Origin: the human T2T-CHM13v2.0 reference genome, Homo sapiens
NCBI RefSeq assembly: GCF_009914755.1
Contig: NC_060940.1
Direction: 5' to 3' (one strand)
Length of the DNA stretch: 64,000 nucleotides
A program made the position numbers and the translations under genes. This document shows, in pieces, positions 21,998-43,620 of this stretch. Each line of letters begins with the position of its first letter. The first letter of the stretch is position 1. Below the pieces are notes generated by a model. It worked only from the letters and a program-made list of their open reading frames with translations. It did not search any database and had not been told where the DNA came from.

Positions 21998-22847
21998 TCA
22001 AGAAAAAAAGAAAAAGAAAAAACAAGAAAAGAATATGGAACAGACAGACAACTCATGTGGCCCAAAATGCCTAAAATGTTACCCTCTGCTGGCTTTTTAC
22101 AGGTGTTTTGGGTGTCACTCCTTAACATGCAAGAACAAAGAATCCTTATTTTACTTGGTGAATAAATACCTAGTAAACACATGCTATGTGCAAGGTGCCG
22201 TGGGAGATACAAGATTGGGGCATGGTGGCCCTGTCCAAGTGACACTGCCAACCCTGCCTTCCCTCCTGATCCCACTGCCCCTCCCTGCTCCCTGGCAGCG
22301 GTCTCCAGTCTCCAGCCTCCCTCCCTCCCTTCCCTGAGTGGGGTCTCATCAGGCCTTCCAATTTGTTGTATTAGAATTATCTGGGGCATGGTTTAAAAAG
22401 CAGATTAAAGGGCATTCTCCTGACTCTTCTAATTCAGTAGCCAGGAGCCTGGGAATATGTATTTTTTTAGCATTCCACAGGTCATTGTGTCATGAAGCCC
22501 AGCTTGAGAGCCTCTGCCTGACACACTAGACTACAGAAATCCCAGGCCTGGCCCATCTAGCATGCAGACTCTCCTACCTTCACTCTTTCCTATGCACCGT
22601 ATTCTCCTACCATAGGCTCCATGACACTCTGAGGGGCACACCAGGCTTTCTCATGCCTGTATGTAAGGAGCTCCCACTGCGTAGAGTCCCCCAGCCCCCA
22701 ACACACTCGACGACCTTCTGCTCATCCTTCCCAGGCCAGCTCAATGTTTGTTCCTCTATAAAATCTGAGCCACCTAAAACCTTGCTGAATAGGCTCAGCT
22801 TTTCTTCCCATAAGTGGCCAGGGCACCTCACACATACTTCTTTAGAG

Positions 22848-23062
22848 CAGGGACACTGACCCTTTTTTTCTGTAAAGGGCCAGATAGTATTTTCACTTTG
22901 CAAGCCTGTCTCTGCTGTGGCTACTCAACAAACTACCAATGAACAGAAAGCAGCCCTAGATAATACATTGATGATGGGTGTGACTGTGTTCCAATAAAAC
23001 TTTATTTACAAAAACAGGCAGTAGGCTGATTTGGCCCCAGGGCCACAGCTTGCCAACCCCTG
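22848..23062 (+). mobile_element. MER58-type hAT MITE
   Basis: TTTTCTGTAAAGGGCCAGATAGT...CCAATAAAACTTTATTTACAAAAACAGGC...TTGCCAACCCCTG. Confidence 0.75.
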
Positions 23063-24824
23063 CTGCTTTAGGGGATTCATTAGACTTCATATCCTTGACA
23101 TATGAGAGAGGGTGTATGTCTGAAACCTTCACAAATCCTCCCATTTACAAAATTACTGTAATCTCGCACTCTCCTGTTTCCTCATCTGTTCCCGGGAGCA
23201 ATACCTATAGTGCACAGGATTGCTGTGAGAAGCCAATGAGATCCTGTATCAAATGAGAATAACATGCATGGAGCTGCATCCACTGCCCAGCAGCTATGCC
23301 CATTTGCCAGCCGGTGACTCACTTCTACATACAAGTAGTGGTGACATAGTGCAAATCTGTGCCTGAGGATAAATCACTTATCAGATGCCACAGCCCTTTG
23401 GGGCACCAAGTACAATGCATGCCAGACCACAGGTCCCCAAATAATACAACACAGAGCAGAGGCAGAGGTGGCCTTGGGAGATCCATAAGGTGGATCACTA
23501 GTGGTGACCAGGGAGGAGTCTGTGGAGGAGGGAGAAGTTGTTTTTGTTTTTGTTTTTTTGAGACGGAGTCACACTCTGTTGCCCAGCCTGGAGTGCAGTG
23601 GTGCAATCTTGGCTCACTGTGCAGCCTCCGCCTCCCGGGTTCCAGTAATTCTCCTGCCTCAGCTTCCCAAGTAGCTGGGACTACAGGCGCCCACCACCAC
23701 GCCTGGCGAATTTTTGTATTTTTAGTAGAGACGGAGTTTCACCATGTTGGCCAGGCTGCTCTCAAACTCCTGACCTCAGGTAATCTGCCTGCCTCAGCCT
23801 CCCAAAGTGCTGGGATTACAGGTGTGAGCCAGCGCACCCAGCCTGAGGAAGGAGAATTGTAAGAGAGGCAACTTGTTGTATATGGTATACAGGCCATGGG
23901 CTTTTCTGTCAAGACTGACTTGGATTAAAAATCCAAAGCCCATCTTTGCCACTTTTAGCTGTGTGACTTCAGGTGAGCTAAGAACTTTTCTGAGCCCTTC
24001 TCCTCTGTGTAATGGGGCTAATATATCATCACCTCACAGAGTGAGGATTGTAGTGACTCAGTAAGATGATACATGAAAGTGCTCTGCCCCCAGAAAGCAC
24101 TTCATCAACAACGGCTTTTCTTCCCTTTAAAGGACAAATGGGATTTGGACAAGCAATGATGAAGGGATGACGGTCCACTGTGGGGAATGAGAGGAAGCAA
24201 AAGTACAGTGGTAGAAACAAACAACATGTTCCAGAGAGCAAGCAGGCCAGTCTGCCTGGAGGGAGGATCCACCACAGGACACAAAGGGAAGCAAAACTCA
24301 AAGCCAGGATGAGAATCACAAGGGGGAGCAAAATTAAAGTATTCTAGCCACTGCCCCACAGTACCTAGCAGGACATGGGAGATTAGTAAGTATTCACTGA
24401 ACTTGCCAAGTCTCAAATGCTCAGAAGGGTGCAAAATTATACATATTCATCAGTCTCTTTTTAAGGGTCAAAGTATAATGTGGCCCAATGCAAACAAATT
24501 TCTTTTAACACACAAGACTAATGTTTAGAAGTCAAGACACTCAGATGTTTGCTAAAAATGAAAGCAGCGATGAGTAGGAGGCTCTGAAACCTTTCCATTC
24601 CCACTCATGCCCTAGTGCAAGGCTTGGAAGCCCACATGCGGGGCTTCAGAACCGGCAGGGATGGCTACGTCGTCACTGGCCACTCCTGCGTCAAGTTCTA
24701 GCAGTCTGAGCAAGCCTTGGTGGTGAGTAACTTAGCTGAAAGTTACTTCATTCACGGAAGTAATACCAGGCCCAACCAGGACCACCAACCAGCCCCAAAA
24801 TTTCTACAAAGAAGGTCTTCATAC

Positions 24825-25217
24825 TTGGGATTCTTCTCTCCAGGGAGGGGTTGGTTGAGAACGGTGGGCTTGGATGGTGGCGCTGAAGCGGCCTCCTGGG
24901 AGGAGTTGAGGCCTGCGCTGGGCTCAGTACTCTGGCTGTCCTCCTCCAAGACCAATCTGCTTATTGTCATGCGCTTGTTCTTGGGCTGCAGTTCCGAGCC
25001 ACCCTCACCGTCAGCCGGGGCTGAACTTTCGTTTTCATCTTTTCTGGGTCTCTTGTTTTTGAGGGCTGGTGATGCTGGGAGAGCTTGAGTAGGAAGAACC
25101 AGATCCTTCTGGTCCAGTTTTGCAAAGGCTGCCTCAGAATCCTGTGCACCAGACAGAGTCTTGAAAGCTGCTTTCAGAGTCATCATTCCAATGGTGGTTG
25201 GAGGATTCCGTAGCTGC
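24825..25217 (-). CDS. TERF2: TERF2 exon 7 (RAP1-binding motif, NLS KNKRPRK, TIN2-binding motif [12 protein letters not shown])
   Basis: ttgcag|G CAG CTA CGG..LPGEKNP AA|gtatga; 393 nt, phase 2/2. Confidence 0.96.
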
Positions 25218-26393
25218 CTGCAAATCAAGCATAGGCACAAAGATGTTTTTCACCACTGATGATGCTCATCCAAACAGCCACAACTTTTTTGAAGTTTGAA
25301 GCTTCAAATTCCAGTTGAGGAGGCTTTAAATGTGATATGTAAGTTGTATTATGAATTTAAAACTCCAAGTTAGAGAACCTTTATTTTACTTCTCATTTTA
25401 TTTTTAGAGATAGGGTCTGGGTCTGTCCTAGACAGTAGATAGGACAGAGAGATAGGATACAGTGGCACAAACACAGCTCACTGTATCCTAGAACTCCTGG
25501 GCTCAAGCGATCCACCCACCTCGGCCTCCCAAAGTGCTGGGATTACAGGCGTGATCCACCACACCCGGCCTACAACACACTTAAGAGCAGGATCTTGAGA
25601 ATTCTCAGAGTAAAAGGCATGCCACACAGTCTTGGAACAATGAGAAACTGCCTTTTAAAAATAAAGTTCATCTATCATTTGGAACAGTTAGTATGCTTTA
25701 GGGAAAAACTGTTAGGAGAGGGGGCAAACTGGCAGCCTGCAGGCCAAATCCATCTGGCAGCCTGTCTTGTTGTCTAACCAACATGAAAAAAAATTTTTTA
25801 AGTGGATCAACTGTTAACATCCAAAAACTGGGAAATCTCATGGAAAACCCTGGACATCTCATACAAAAATCTGAGCACCTGAAGCCTGAGCATCCTTGGA
25901 TACTCCCACAGAGCAACAACCACAAGAAGCTGAAAAGCACATCCCCTGGTTCCCAGCCCCATGCTCTCAGCCTAGGTCCACTTTGTTCCTTTAGGTTTCC
26001 TAACCGGCCCTCAAAGGGCATCTAAGCTTGTGACCCCTGCTTTAGGAACTGATTTTGGGATTCGACTCACAGATCTGAGCAGTGCTTCCTGAATGTATTA
26101 AGAGATTAGGTGTCCACAAGAAAAGTACTGAGTCAATACGGGGGAGGCAAGGAGAGAGAAATGGTGAAAGAGCCTTTGAGGAATGGCCAGTCAGGAAGTT
26201 GTCAGGGACCCCAGGCATCCTGTTTCCTTATCTTCCCAGGGTGTGCAGTCTCCCCCAGTGCCTTGTATGAGTAACCTCGTAACACGTTAGTAGGTCGGAG
26301 TGCTGAGAGGAACTGATCCTGGCCTAAGGAGGAGACTGCTTCCAGCGACCACCCTAGTGTTTTACCTAAGATCACAAGAGAGCATCTTTTTAC

Positions 26394-26500
26394 CTTGCGG
26401 GTTCTCTGGGTGGCTTTTCCACAGGCCCTGGTGCTGGCTGTTTATCTTCCTTCCCTGTACTTGAGGCAGCGGACTCAGATTTCAAAGCCTTTTTGGCCAT
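26394..26500 (-). CDS. TERF2: TERF2 exon 6
   Basis: cccag|[43 protein letters not shown]|gtaaaa; 107 nt. Confidence 0.96.
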
Positions 26501-26665
26501 CTGGGAAAGGAAGGATGTCATCAGGAAGAAGAGGCCACAGAATTGCATTAATTCTCTGCTTCTTTCACCAAGAATATACTCAATATGCAAACAAGTTCAC
26601 TTACAAATCCAATCTAGGCATAAAACGAAGGACATAAAATGGGAGAGAACTTGTAAGACTTATAA

Positions 26666-26994
<329 letters not shown>

Positions 26995-28121
26995 TAAATG
27001 TTCATACTAATATCTTCCAGTTTGTGTATAGAATTTTTATAACTGTTTCTACAAATGTTTTGCCTTATTAACAACTGTTTGAGAATCCTTATCTATATAA
27101 CACAAAGAGCCCTGAGTAGGCTAATCTTGCTCTAACTCCATCTGTTCATCTGTCTCCCTCTGGCTTAAGTTTTAGACATTTCCAATCAGTCCAATGTCAT
27201 TCAGTTTCGGTTTGCTTATCTGTAATGTGTGGTGTCCTAAAAGCCAAGAGTTCTGTCCACACACACAGACAGCAGCAGGATAGTTTCCAGTTACCTGGAA
27301 TGGAAAGGAAAGGACCCTAGGCCAGGCTCAACTATCTTGACACCTGCTGCCTGAATATCCCAAACTACCTGCTTATAAATAATCTGAGATTTGCCAAACG
27401 ACTGCTAAGATCATGGACACTATCCTAATATGGGCCTGGCAGATCTGTTACGAGACAGAATATTTTCCACATTCTCAAAGTCCTGGTTTCTTTTGCCCAG
27501 GCTGAAGTGCAGTGGCACAACCACAGCTCACTGGCAGCCTCAAGTGATCTTCCCACTTCAGCCTCCCAAGTAGCTGGGACTACAGGCACGCGCCACCACA
27601 CCTGGCTAATTTTTGTATTTTCTGTAGAGAAGGGGTTTCACCATGTTGCCCAGGGTGGTCTTGAACTCCTAAGCTCAAGCAACCTGCCTGCCTTGGCCTC
27701 CCAAAGTGCTGGGATTACAGGTGTGAACCACTGTACTGGGCCAAAGTCCTGGTTTCAAAAACAAAACAAAACCACTCTCACTCAGTGTTCCTTCACCACA
27801 GTCTCCCATCTATGACAGCCTGGGTCTAGTTCTTCCCTATGCTGTCCTGAGCCTCACTGCTTCCATTCTTTTATCTCTTTGATCCAATTAAAGAATGTTT
27901 TCATTTGGCTTCTTTCAACTTTATACTTTCAGTGACACCTTTCTCCACACCATGCCTTCTTCCTGTTAGCAACTCCATCGTACCACATCTACCAAACCAC
28001 CCTTCCTCCAAACTTAGTTCACAAGTCATCGCCTTTGGGAACCACCATCGATTGCAAGTGAATGTTCTACTTCAACCATGGCAGATTAACCATGTGTAAA
28101 GGAGATAAAAATGGCAGATGA

Positions 28122-28773
<652 letters not shown>

Positions 28774-29136
28774 CTACACAATGGACCGATATTTGCAACA
28801 TGAGAAAGTAGAACTCCAGTAAAAATTCAATGATGATGAGGTGAGACAGACACTATGAGAACTTCTGCAATGCCGTCAATGCAAATCACTGGCACACATA
28901 CAGGAAGGGAAGCCCAACACAAAGGATTGGTCAATAAATCAGGTTCAGCCACAGTGGGTTACTATGCAGCTATAAAAAACAGATAAAGAAGTTCCTTATA
29001 TGCTAACATAGAATGATTCCAAGATATAATATTAAGTGAAAAAAGCAATTTAGAAAAGTGTTCACATTAGTGTGTAGGATATGCTATCACGTATGTGTAT
29101 GAGAAGAATGGAGAAAATGGATCTATGTGGATGTCT

Positions 29137-29138
<2 letters not shown>

Positions 29139-29168
<30 letters not shown>
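29139..29168. repeat. (AC)15 microsatellite
   Basis: Read directly. Confidence 0.95.
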
Positions 29169-29171
<3 letters not shown>

Positions 29172-29332
29172 TTGCTTGCACATGCATAGAGGATCTTTGA
29201 AAGGATAAAAGAAAAAAAAAAAGAAATTGGTTGCCTCTGAAGGGAAGAAGATGGCTGAGGGTCACAGATGAGAGTATTTTCACCAAACTCTTTGGTTATA
29301 CCTTTTGAATTCTGTATTATGTACATGTATTA

Positions 29333-29467
<135 letters not shown>

Positions 29468-29811
29468 TTAAAACCCCGTCTCTACTAAAAAATTTAAAAA
29501 ATTAGCCCAGCATGGTGGCACATGCCTGTAACCCCAGCTACTCCAGAGGCTGAGGCAAGAGAACTGCTTGAAACTGGGAGGTGGAAGTTGCAGTGAGCCA
29601 AGATTGGGCCACTATACTCCAGCCCGGGCAACAGAGCAAGACTCCATCTCAAAAAAAAAAAAAAAAAAAAAGTATATAGAAGAAATGGTTGGGCATGATG
29701 ATTCACGTAATCCCAGCACTTTGGGAGGCCGAGGTGGTAGGATCACTTGAGCCCAGGAGTTCCAGACCAGCCTGGGCAACATAAAGAGACCCTGTCTCTA
29801 CAAAAAATTTA

Positions 29812-30078
<267 letters not shown>

Positions 30079-30418
30079 TCACATCTGCAGGATCACCATT
30101 TAATGTAAATAAAGTTAGAAGTGTTACATTTGTCAGCTCCATACCTGGTGCTGATCATTTAAATCAATGTTCTGTTATAAACTAGACAGAAATAAGGCAA
30201 GTGAATAATTTATGTCAATTTCTCTAATAAAAACTAAATTTTGAAAAGCCAATCTTACAGTGAGTTATCTTGGATATAAAAGATAACTTGCTGCAGGTGT
30301 TACATGTTGAAAGGAGAATATTTAAGTAATATTCCTGACCAAGAACCCTTTCCCTATTTCCCCACAAAAAGCAATGAGATGAATTTAAGTCACAGGAGCA
30401 AAAATGTATCAAATTTAC

Positions 30419-30505
30419 CTGAGTTGTGGGGTCCTTGGACATATGTTTTTTCAAAATTTTTGAAGCCTTTTCAAATTCTTTGTTTTTGATACAAATAATG
30501 ACAGC
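30419..30505 (-). CDS. TERF2: TERF2 exon 4 (TRFH)
   Basis: tttag|[35 protein letters not shown]|gtaaat; 87 nt. Confidence 0.96.
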
Positions 30506-30620
30506 CTAAAAAGGAGGGGAAAAATCTTTTTTTACTTTTGTAATGACAGGTGTAATCAGAATATCAAACATCAAAATAACTCTCTCTCACATCATATCAA
30601 ATTTCTGTACTTAAAAACTA

Positions 30621-30946
<326 letters not shown>

Positions 30947-32769
30947 TTATGAACCACTGGAAGCTGTCTCTTTCTGCTTGTAAGGTAGTCACTTTTCAAC
31001 AATACAATGGCTTTTGTTACATGGCTGATAGAGCAAAATCTGATCACCTGGATTACAGACCATTTAACCAATTTCAATAGGGCCTCCTGAGGAAAGACAG
31101 AATGGACAGGAGTCATTCTACGTCCTGTAATTTCAGGTCCCCAGAACAATTGATTCTGTTCTTTTTGGATGCAAAAGCTTTAAAGCAAGAGGGGGATGAG
31201 GGAGGGAGGATATACTGTAGGCGGAAAGAAAGGGATGTGCTGACCACAGAGTTCTGCTAGTTCCATTCTGGAAAGGCCTAAGGCCAGTTCTGTAGGAGAA
31301 TGAAGGGACAACCCCTTACTACCATAAACCCCAGCTGGCAACTTCAATTAAAGCACCTAGGGAACTACTGAAGCCAACAAACCCAGGTCATTCACAAGCA
31401 GCAAATAAAAAGGGCAAAGTTCCAGGTAAGATAAGGTCTCACCAGCCACAGAGAGAAAGTAGAGTCCTTCCATAAAGAAACCTCAAGAGAATGAGGTTCT
31501 CTTGAGGAAAAATAACAGTGACTGAACATTTACAAGGAAGTTATAATATATATGAACATTTTTAAAAATTAGAAAAGCCAACAAAAAATTGGGAGTATTT
31601 GAAGTTATATGATAGAATAAAGTAGCTATCTCAAATCCTGTCTGAGAGACACAGATTCTTTAAAAAGACCACCATACAAAAAAAGGCAAGCCGACTGGGT
31701 GTGGCAGCTTACAACTGTACAACTGTATTCCCACACTTTGAGAGGCCAAGGTGGGAGGATCGCTTGAGCTCAGGAGTTTGAGACCAGCCTGGGGAACATA
31801 GGGAGACCCTGTCTCTCCCCCAAAAAAACCCACCTACCCAGGCATGTTGGTGTGTGCCTGTGGTCCCAGCTACTCGGGAGGTTGAGGTAGGAGGATCACT
31901 TGGGTCTGGGAGATCGGGGCTGCAGTGAGCAGTGACTGTACCACTGCACTCCAGCTTGGGCGAAAGAGCGATACCCCGTCTCAAAACAAACAATAAAAGG
32001 AAAATTGGTTCACAGATATTTTTGATCTTCACAGGGAAGAATGTACAGACACAGACTAAGGGGAAGAATAGCAAGGAAATTCATTAAGTACTAATCTGTT
32101 GCTTCTATCCTCAACGTGTTAAGCACAGCCATACAGGGCGGAAGGCAACTGATGTCAAATGCCCTTGAATATGCAGGCACAGTTCTTGCTGCACAGGGAA
32201 GGTACAAAGTAAGTCTTCATTTTACTCAGATGACCATATCCATTTATACATCACTTTCAGCAGAAAAACATATGCTCAAACTATACTTACTTTCTTGAAT
32301 ACAAAGTTTTTACTTTTTTAATCATACAGGTCTTACTGTTTTAAAATTCTATTTAACTTGCATACAACAAAATTAACTTGTTTAGGACATCTGGTTTGGA
32401 ATTTTAACACACGTAGACTCCTGTATCATCCACTACAATGAGGATCCAAAACCCTGCCTTGGCTGTCCTGTGTAGTCACACCTAACCCTGGCAACCACTG
32501 ATCCCGGTGGCTCATAACTGTAATCCCAGTGCTTTGGGAAACTGAGACAGGAGGATCACTTGAGGCCAGGAATTTGAAACCAGCCTGGGCAACACAGTGA
32601 AAACCCATCTCTACAAAAAAGTAGCCAGGCATGGTGGCGTGTGCCTGTGGTCCTAGCTACTCGGGAGGCAGAGGTAGGAGGATCACCCGAGCCCAGGAAT
32701 TTGAGGGCAGCAGTGAGCTATGATCATGCCACTGCACTCCAGCCTGGGCAGTAAAGCGAGACCCTCTCT

Positions 32770-32819
<50 letters not shown>

Positions 32820-32935
32820 CAGGCGCAGTGGCTCGCGCCTGTAATCCCAGCACTTTGGGAGGCTGAGGTGGGCAGATCATGAGGTCAGGAGTTCAAGACC
32901 AGCCTGGTCAGCATGTGAAACCCTGTCTCTACTTA

Positions 32936-36960
<4,025 letters not shown>

Positions 36961-37682
36961 CCTTCTATATTTAATGTGTGAAGCAAGAAAGGAAATATGA
37001 ATGCTTTCAAATTGAAATGAAGAAGTCTGCTTCAAAGGTTGTGCTATGAGCTTATCTTTTAAAACTATGTATTAATTTCCTGTGGGGGGGGGGGAAATTA
37101 AAAAGATGAATCACTGCTTTTTCACTTGGCAGTTCCCAGAAGTAAGTATAGTTTCTTCTCTTACGTATTTGTTAAGGTTTCTAGGGTATAAGCAATATCA
37201 ATGGTCTCTGGATAAGTTAAATAAAAGGGAAATTCCAAGCACAGATTTTCAAAATAGGTAAGGTAGGTTTATGTTGGGAAGAAATGCCAGAAAGCACATT
37301 TATTAACAAAGGAAGAGAAGAAGACCAAACTCACAGAACTGAAGAATAAAGAAGCAGATGCAAAAAGAAGCAAGGCTGTTCTGGGAAGCAGCAATGTTTA
37401 AAAAGCCTCAACAAATATTTTTGTTTCAAATGTAAAGTTCTAACAGAGTGTATCTGATATACAAGCACCCCAAATGGGGTAAGGCCCTCAAAGAACATCA
37501 AGCTGCTGTTGCCAAAGCTGCAGGGGACAATGCCGCATAGTAAAAAGCAACATATAAATGCTTCAAGGACATGCTATACGTGTTGCTACCCCTTGTTCTC
37601 TAAAGAAACCTAACAGATCAATCTCTCCTTTAGTTATGAGGAGAAAACAAATATAGTCTTGATATAATTAACAGCTTGCAGA

Positions 37683-40335
<2,653 letters not shown>

Positions 40336-40572
40336 CTAACTTAACAAATAACTTACTTGATAAACTTTGCGAAAGATTCAATATACTTTTAAATAAATTG
40401 TTTTGGCACTTTACAAAGCTTAAATGCATGAGCAAGGCTCACTGAACCTAGGCGTCTGTAGAATTTTCCCGATCATTAACAGATTCCGTGACTGTAAATG
40501 AGAAACTTTTACAAAGTAAATTGAAGAGATGGATGAAATAATATCATTTAACAACTAGGAGATCAAGGTAAT

Positions 40573-41058
40573 TGTGGTTGCCAACCTCAAAGGCAGCCCC
40601 CAATGCGCCTCACCTCTTGCGGAGTCCCATTCACACTCTACCAGAGTGAGTCTAGTCTGTATGACCAAGAGCATATGGTGGAAGTGATAATGTGTCACTT
40701 CCAAGATTAGACTCTACAAGAATGAGACTTCTGCCTTGGGTTCTTGCTCTCTTGCATGATTTGCTGTAGGAAAACAAAGCTGCCATGTTGCAAGCAGCCT
40801 TATCTGTGAAGAGGCCAGGAGCTGAAGTGTCCAGCCAACAGCCAGTAGGAAAGTGAGTCTTGTTAACAACTATGTGAGTAGGGAAGCAGTTGAGTCTTGA
40901 AATGACTGCAAACCTAGCTGACAGCTTGACTGTAACCTCATGAGAAACCCTGAGCCAGAATCACTAATAGACTCCTGATCCTCGGAAACTGAAAGATAAT
41001 ATTAACTGTTTTGAGCTGCTTATTCTTGGAGTAACTTGTTACACTGCAGTAACAATAA
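40573..41058 (+). mobile_element. MLT1-type (MaLR) solo LTR
   Basis: TG start; GCTGCCATGTTG, CCAGCCAACAGCCAG and CCTCATGAGAAACCCTGAGCCAG blocks; TTGTTACACTGCAGTAAC end. Confidence 0.7.
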
Positions 41059-41301
41059 GCATAAGATCTAGTACGTGGTGGAGACTGGAAAAGGAGAACA
41101 GAGTCAACGTAAGAAAATGGCTACTCTGAGAGCTTAGATTTTTCTAATAGATTTTTCCTAATGAACCACCCAAATAAGGAGCTCTATGAGCCTAAATAAT
41201 AATAATAAATACGCAGCTGAAAGATGAAAGCCCACAAAGACTCTTCCAGAAGAGGGGCCAGATGGCAAATCTATAGCCCTTGTGTTCTAAAGGAGTTGCT
41301 A

Positions 41302-41525
41302 CAGGTTGAGCATCCTAAATCTGAAAATCCGAAATCTGAAATGCTCCAATGAGCATTTCCTTTGAGTGCCATGTTGGCACTCAAAAAGTTTCAGATTTGA
41401 GGGCATTTGGGATTTCAGATTTTTGGATTTGGGATGCTCAAACTAAATTTAATGCAAATATTCCAAAATCTGAAATCCAAAATGCTTCTGTTCCCAAGTA
41501 TTTTGGATAAGGGATACTCAATGTG
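41302..41525. mobile_element. Tigger4a/MER46-type MITE
   Basis: TA-flanked CAGGTTGAGCATCC..GGATAAGGGATACTCAA; internal AAATC(C/T)G repeats. Confidence 0.8.
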
Positions 41526-42713
41526 TACTTAATAGAAGTTAAATGAATTATTCTAAACTGGTACCCATTCAAAAGATCCTTAACAGTTCTGAAAGTAGGC
41601 ATGAATTTCTCCTCCCTTGATAATGTCTATTCTGGCATATGCCTCCCCTCAACCTAAACCTGATTTTCCTATACTAAAAATGTACTCTTGAAATTATTCT
41701 TCCTTGGAAATGACTAATATTTAAGCATTTCTTTACCAGACCAAAAGTAGTATCTGCCCAAGGTCCTTAATTAAATAAATAAAATATGTGCACCTCATGC
41801 ACACTAGTTGTTTTTTAATAGGGTACCCAAGTACAATGTACACAGCCAAGAGACAGGTTTTCCTTGTGAAGCAAGGTTTTTCTTTCTACCCCACCCCCAT
41901 CTTTGGGATCCCATCCTTTTAGGGGTGCTCTTTTCTTAACCATTTCCCTATTTTCTACCACCAGGGCAATGCTTAGCTGATGTTTTCCATCTTCACCTCT
42001 GCATCTGCTTCCACACCCCCCAGCCTTGGTTTTGGGGGAAGAAAAATCTTTTTCTAACTGGTTCCCACAGCCACTTCTATGTTTTAAATTAAAATAATTT
42101 CTACTGTTTGAAGCTACCTGAGCCACAACACAGTGACAATCCCAAATTCCTAGACACTCCATTAGCTTTTTTCTTGAATTCAAGAACACTGCCTGTGCCG
42201 GATTTCTATCATTCTTCTACCATTACTATTTTGCTAGCTGGCTCATTATCCCAGCACCTCTGATTCTAATCTATCTGTTCAAAAGGGATATTCTCTAAGC
42301 CCCTCTTTCTGCAGACAGAAAGAACTCAAAGTCAGTACCACATTTTCCAAGGCCCCAGTTTATCTCCTTGGTTTATTATAAACAAGGGTGACCAAACCCT
42401 AGGCCAGAGTTACTTAAGGCCCTTGTAGAGTGCTCCCGAATGGTGCAGTAACCTCCAAAATGTCAGAGCTTCAATGCCAAAGCCACAAGGAAGACCACCC
42501 AAATCACAAAAACTGAGCAACTGCCATTACTTCCCAAGCCTGGGTGGGAAAGGAGACACCTGAAGAAATAACGTCTGTGTGTGTGCTTTCTTGCTTGCTC
42601 AATCTCTCCCCATTGCTGTTTTCCTCTGCCCCACACAGTAAAGAGTAAGTGCTGTATCCTCAAAGACCCTTGATTTTTGGTCAAAGAAAAAAGATATAAA
42701 AATAGAGCCTTAC

Positions 42714-42844
42714 AGCTTCCTTGACCAGTTTTCTACTGGATTCGACCACTGCTTCTGTCAGTGTAAATTCCGTTTTAATCATCTCCAGCACATTGATAGC
42801 TGATTCCAGTGGTGTGAGCTCAGCCTCCATATCAAAGGAACAGT
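42714..42844 (-). CDS. TERF2: TERF2 exon 3 (TRFH)
   Basis: cctag|AC TGT..(D)[43 protein letters not shown]|gtaagg; 131 nt. Confidence 0.96.
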
Positions 42845-43524
42845 CTAGGACAAAGCACAGTTTTCATTTTTAAGCTCTTTTCTAAGGGTAAAAAAGTTAT
42901 GTCCAAAAATTATATATATATATTTATGGAAATGGAGCATGCAAATATGGTAAGATTTGCATTTAATTTTTTGACATATTTGCTACAGGTTGACATACAC
43001 GATAAGGGTCCAAATTCAAATCAATGAATTTAACGTGACCATTTTTTAACACCTGTCAAGACAGGCAAAAAAATTATTTTTAAATACCTGCATTTGCCTC
43101 TCAAATTCAGAATATACCCATCCTCCTCAGATACGAGTGGCAAGAAACTGACAACAGCTAAATAGCTTTCAAGTTAAATTCAGAGGGGAAAAATGTCAGA
43201 GTACTTCCACTCTGAAAAACTCTCTACCATGGGGGAAAAAAGATGTCCATATGAACATAACACACTTTAGACAGGAGCAAAGTTGGGGTGAGCAATTAAC
43301 AGGTGGGAGAAGATTTAAAAAAAACACAGAAAAGCAGCCAAGACAACCTTAACCGGAGAAAACTAGAGCCAGTCGAGCCAGAAAACAGACCCATCGTAGA
43401 ATGAAAAAGACCACTCTGATGGAAACTATCGCACTTTAACCTGGAATCCTTCAGTTCTAGATATAAGTTTTAAAACAAAACCCTACGCAAGTAAGCCCAG
43501 AGAAGAACACAAAAATAGCCATAC

Positions 43525-43620
43525 CTAAATTTTCCCCTTCTTCAATCCGCGACAGACACTGCATAACCCGCAGCAATCGGGACACGGTGTGCTCCTTCCC
43601 CAAGGGCCTGACAAGCAAAG
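43525..43620 (-). CDS. TERF2: TERF2 exon 2 (TRFH)
   Basis: ctcccag|CT TTG..(A)[32 protein letters not shown]|gtatgg; 96 nt. Confidence 0.96.
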
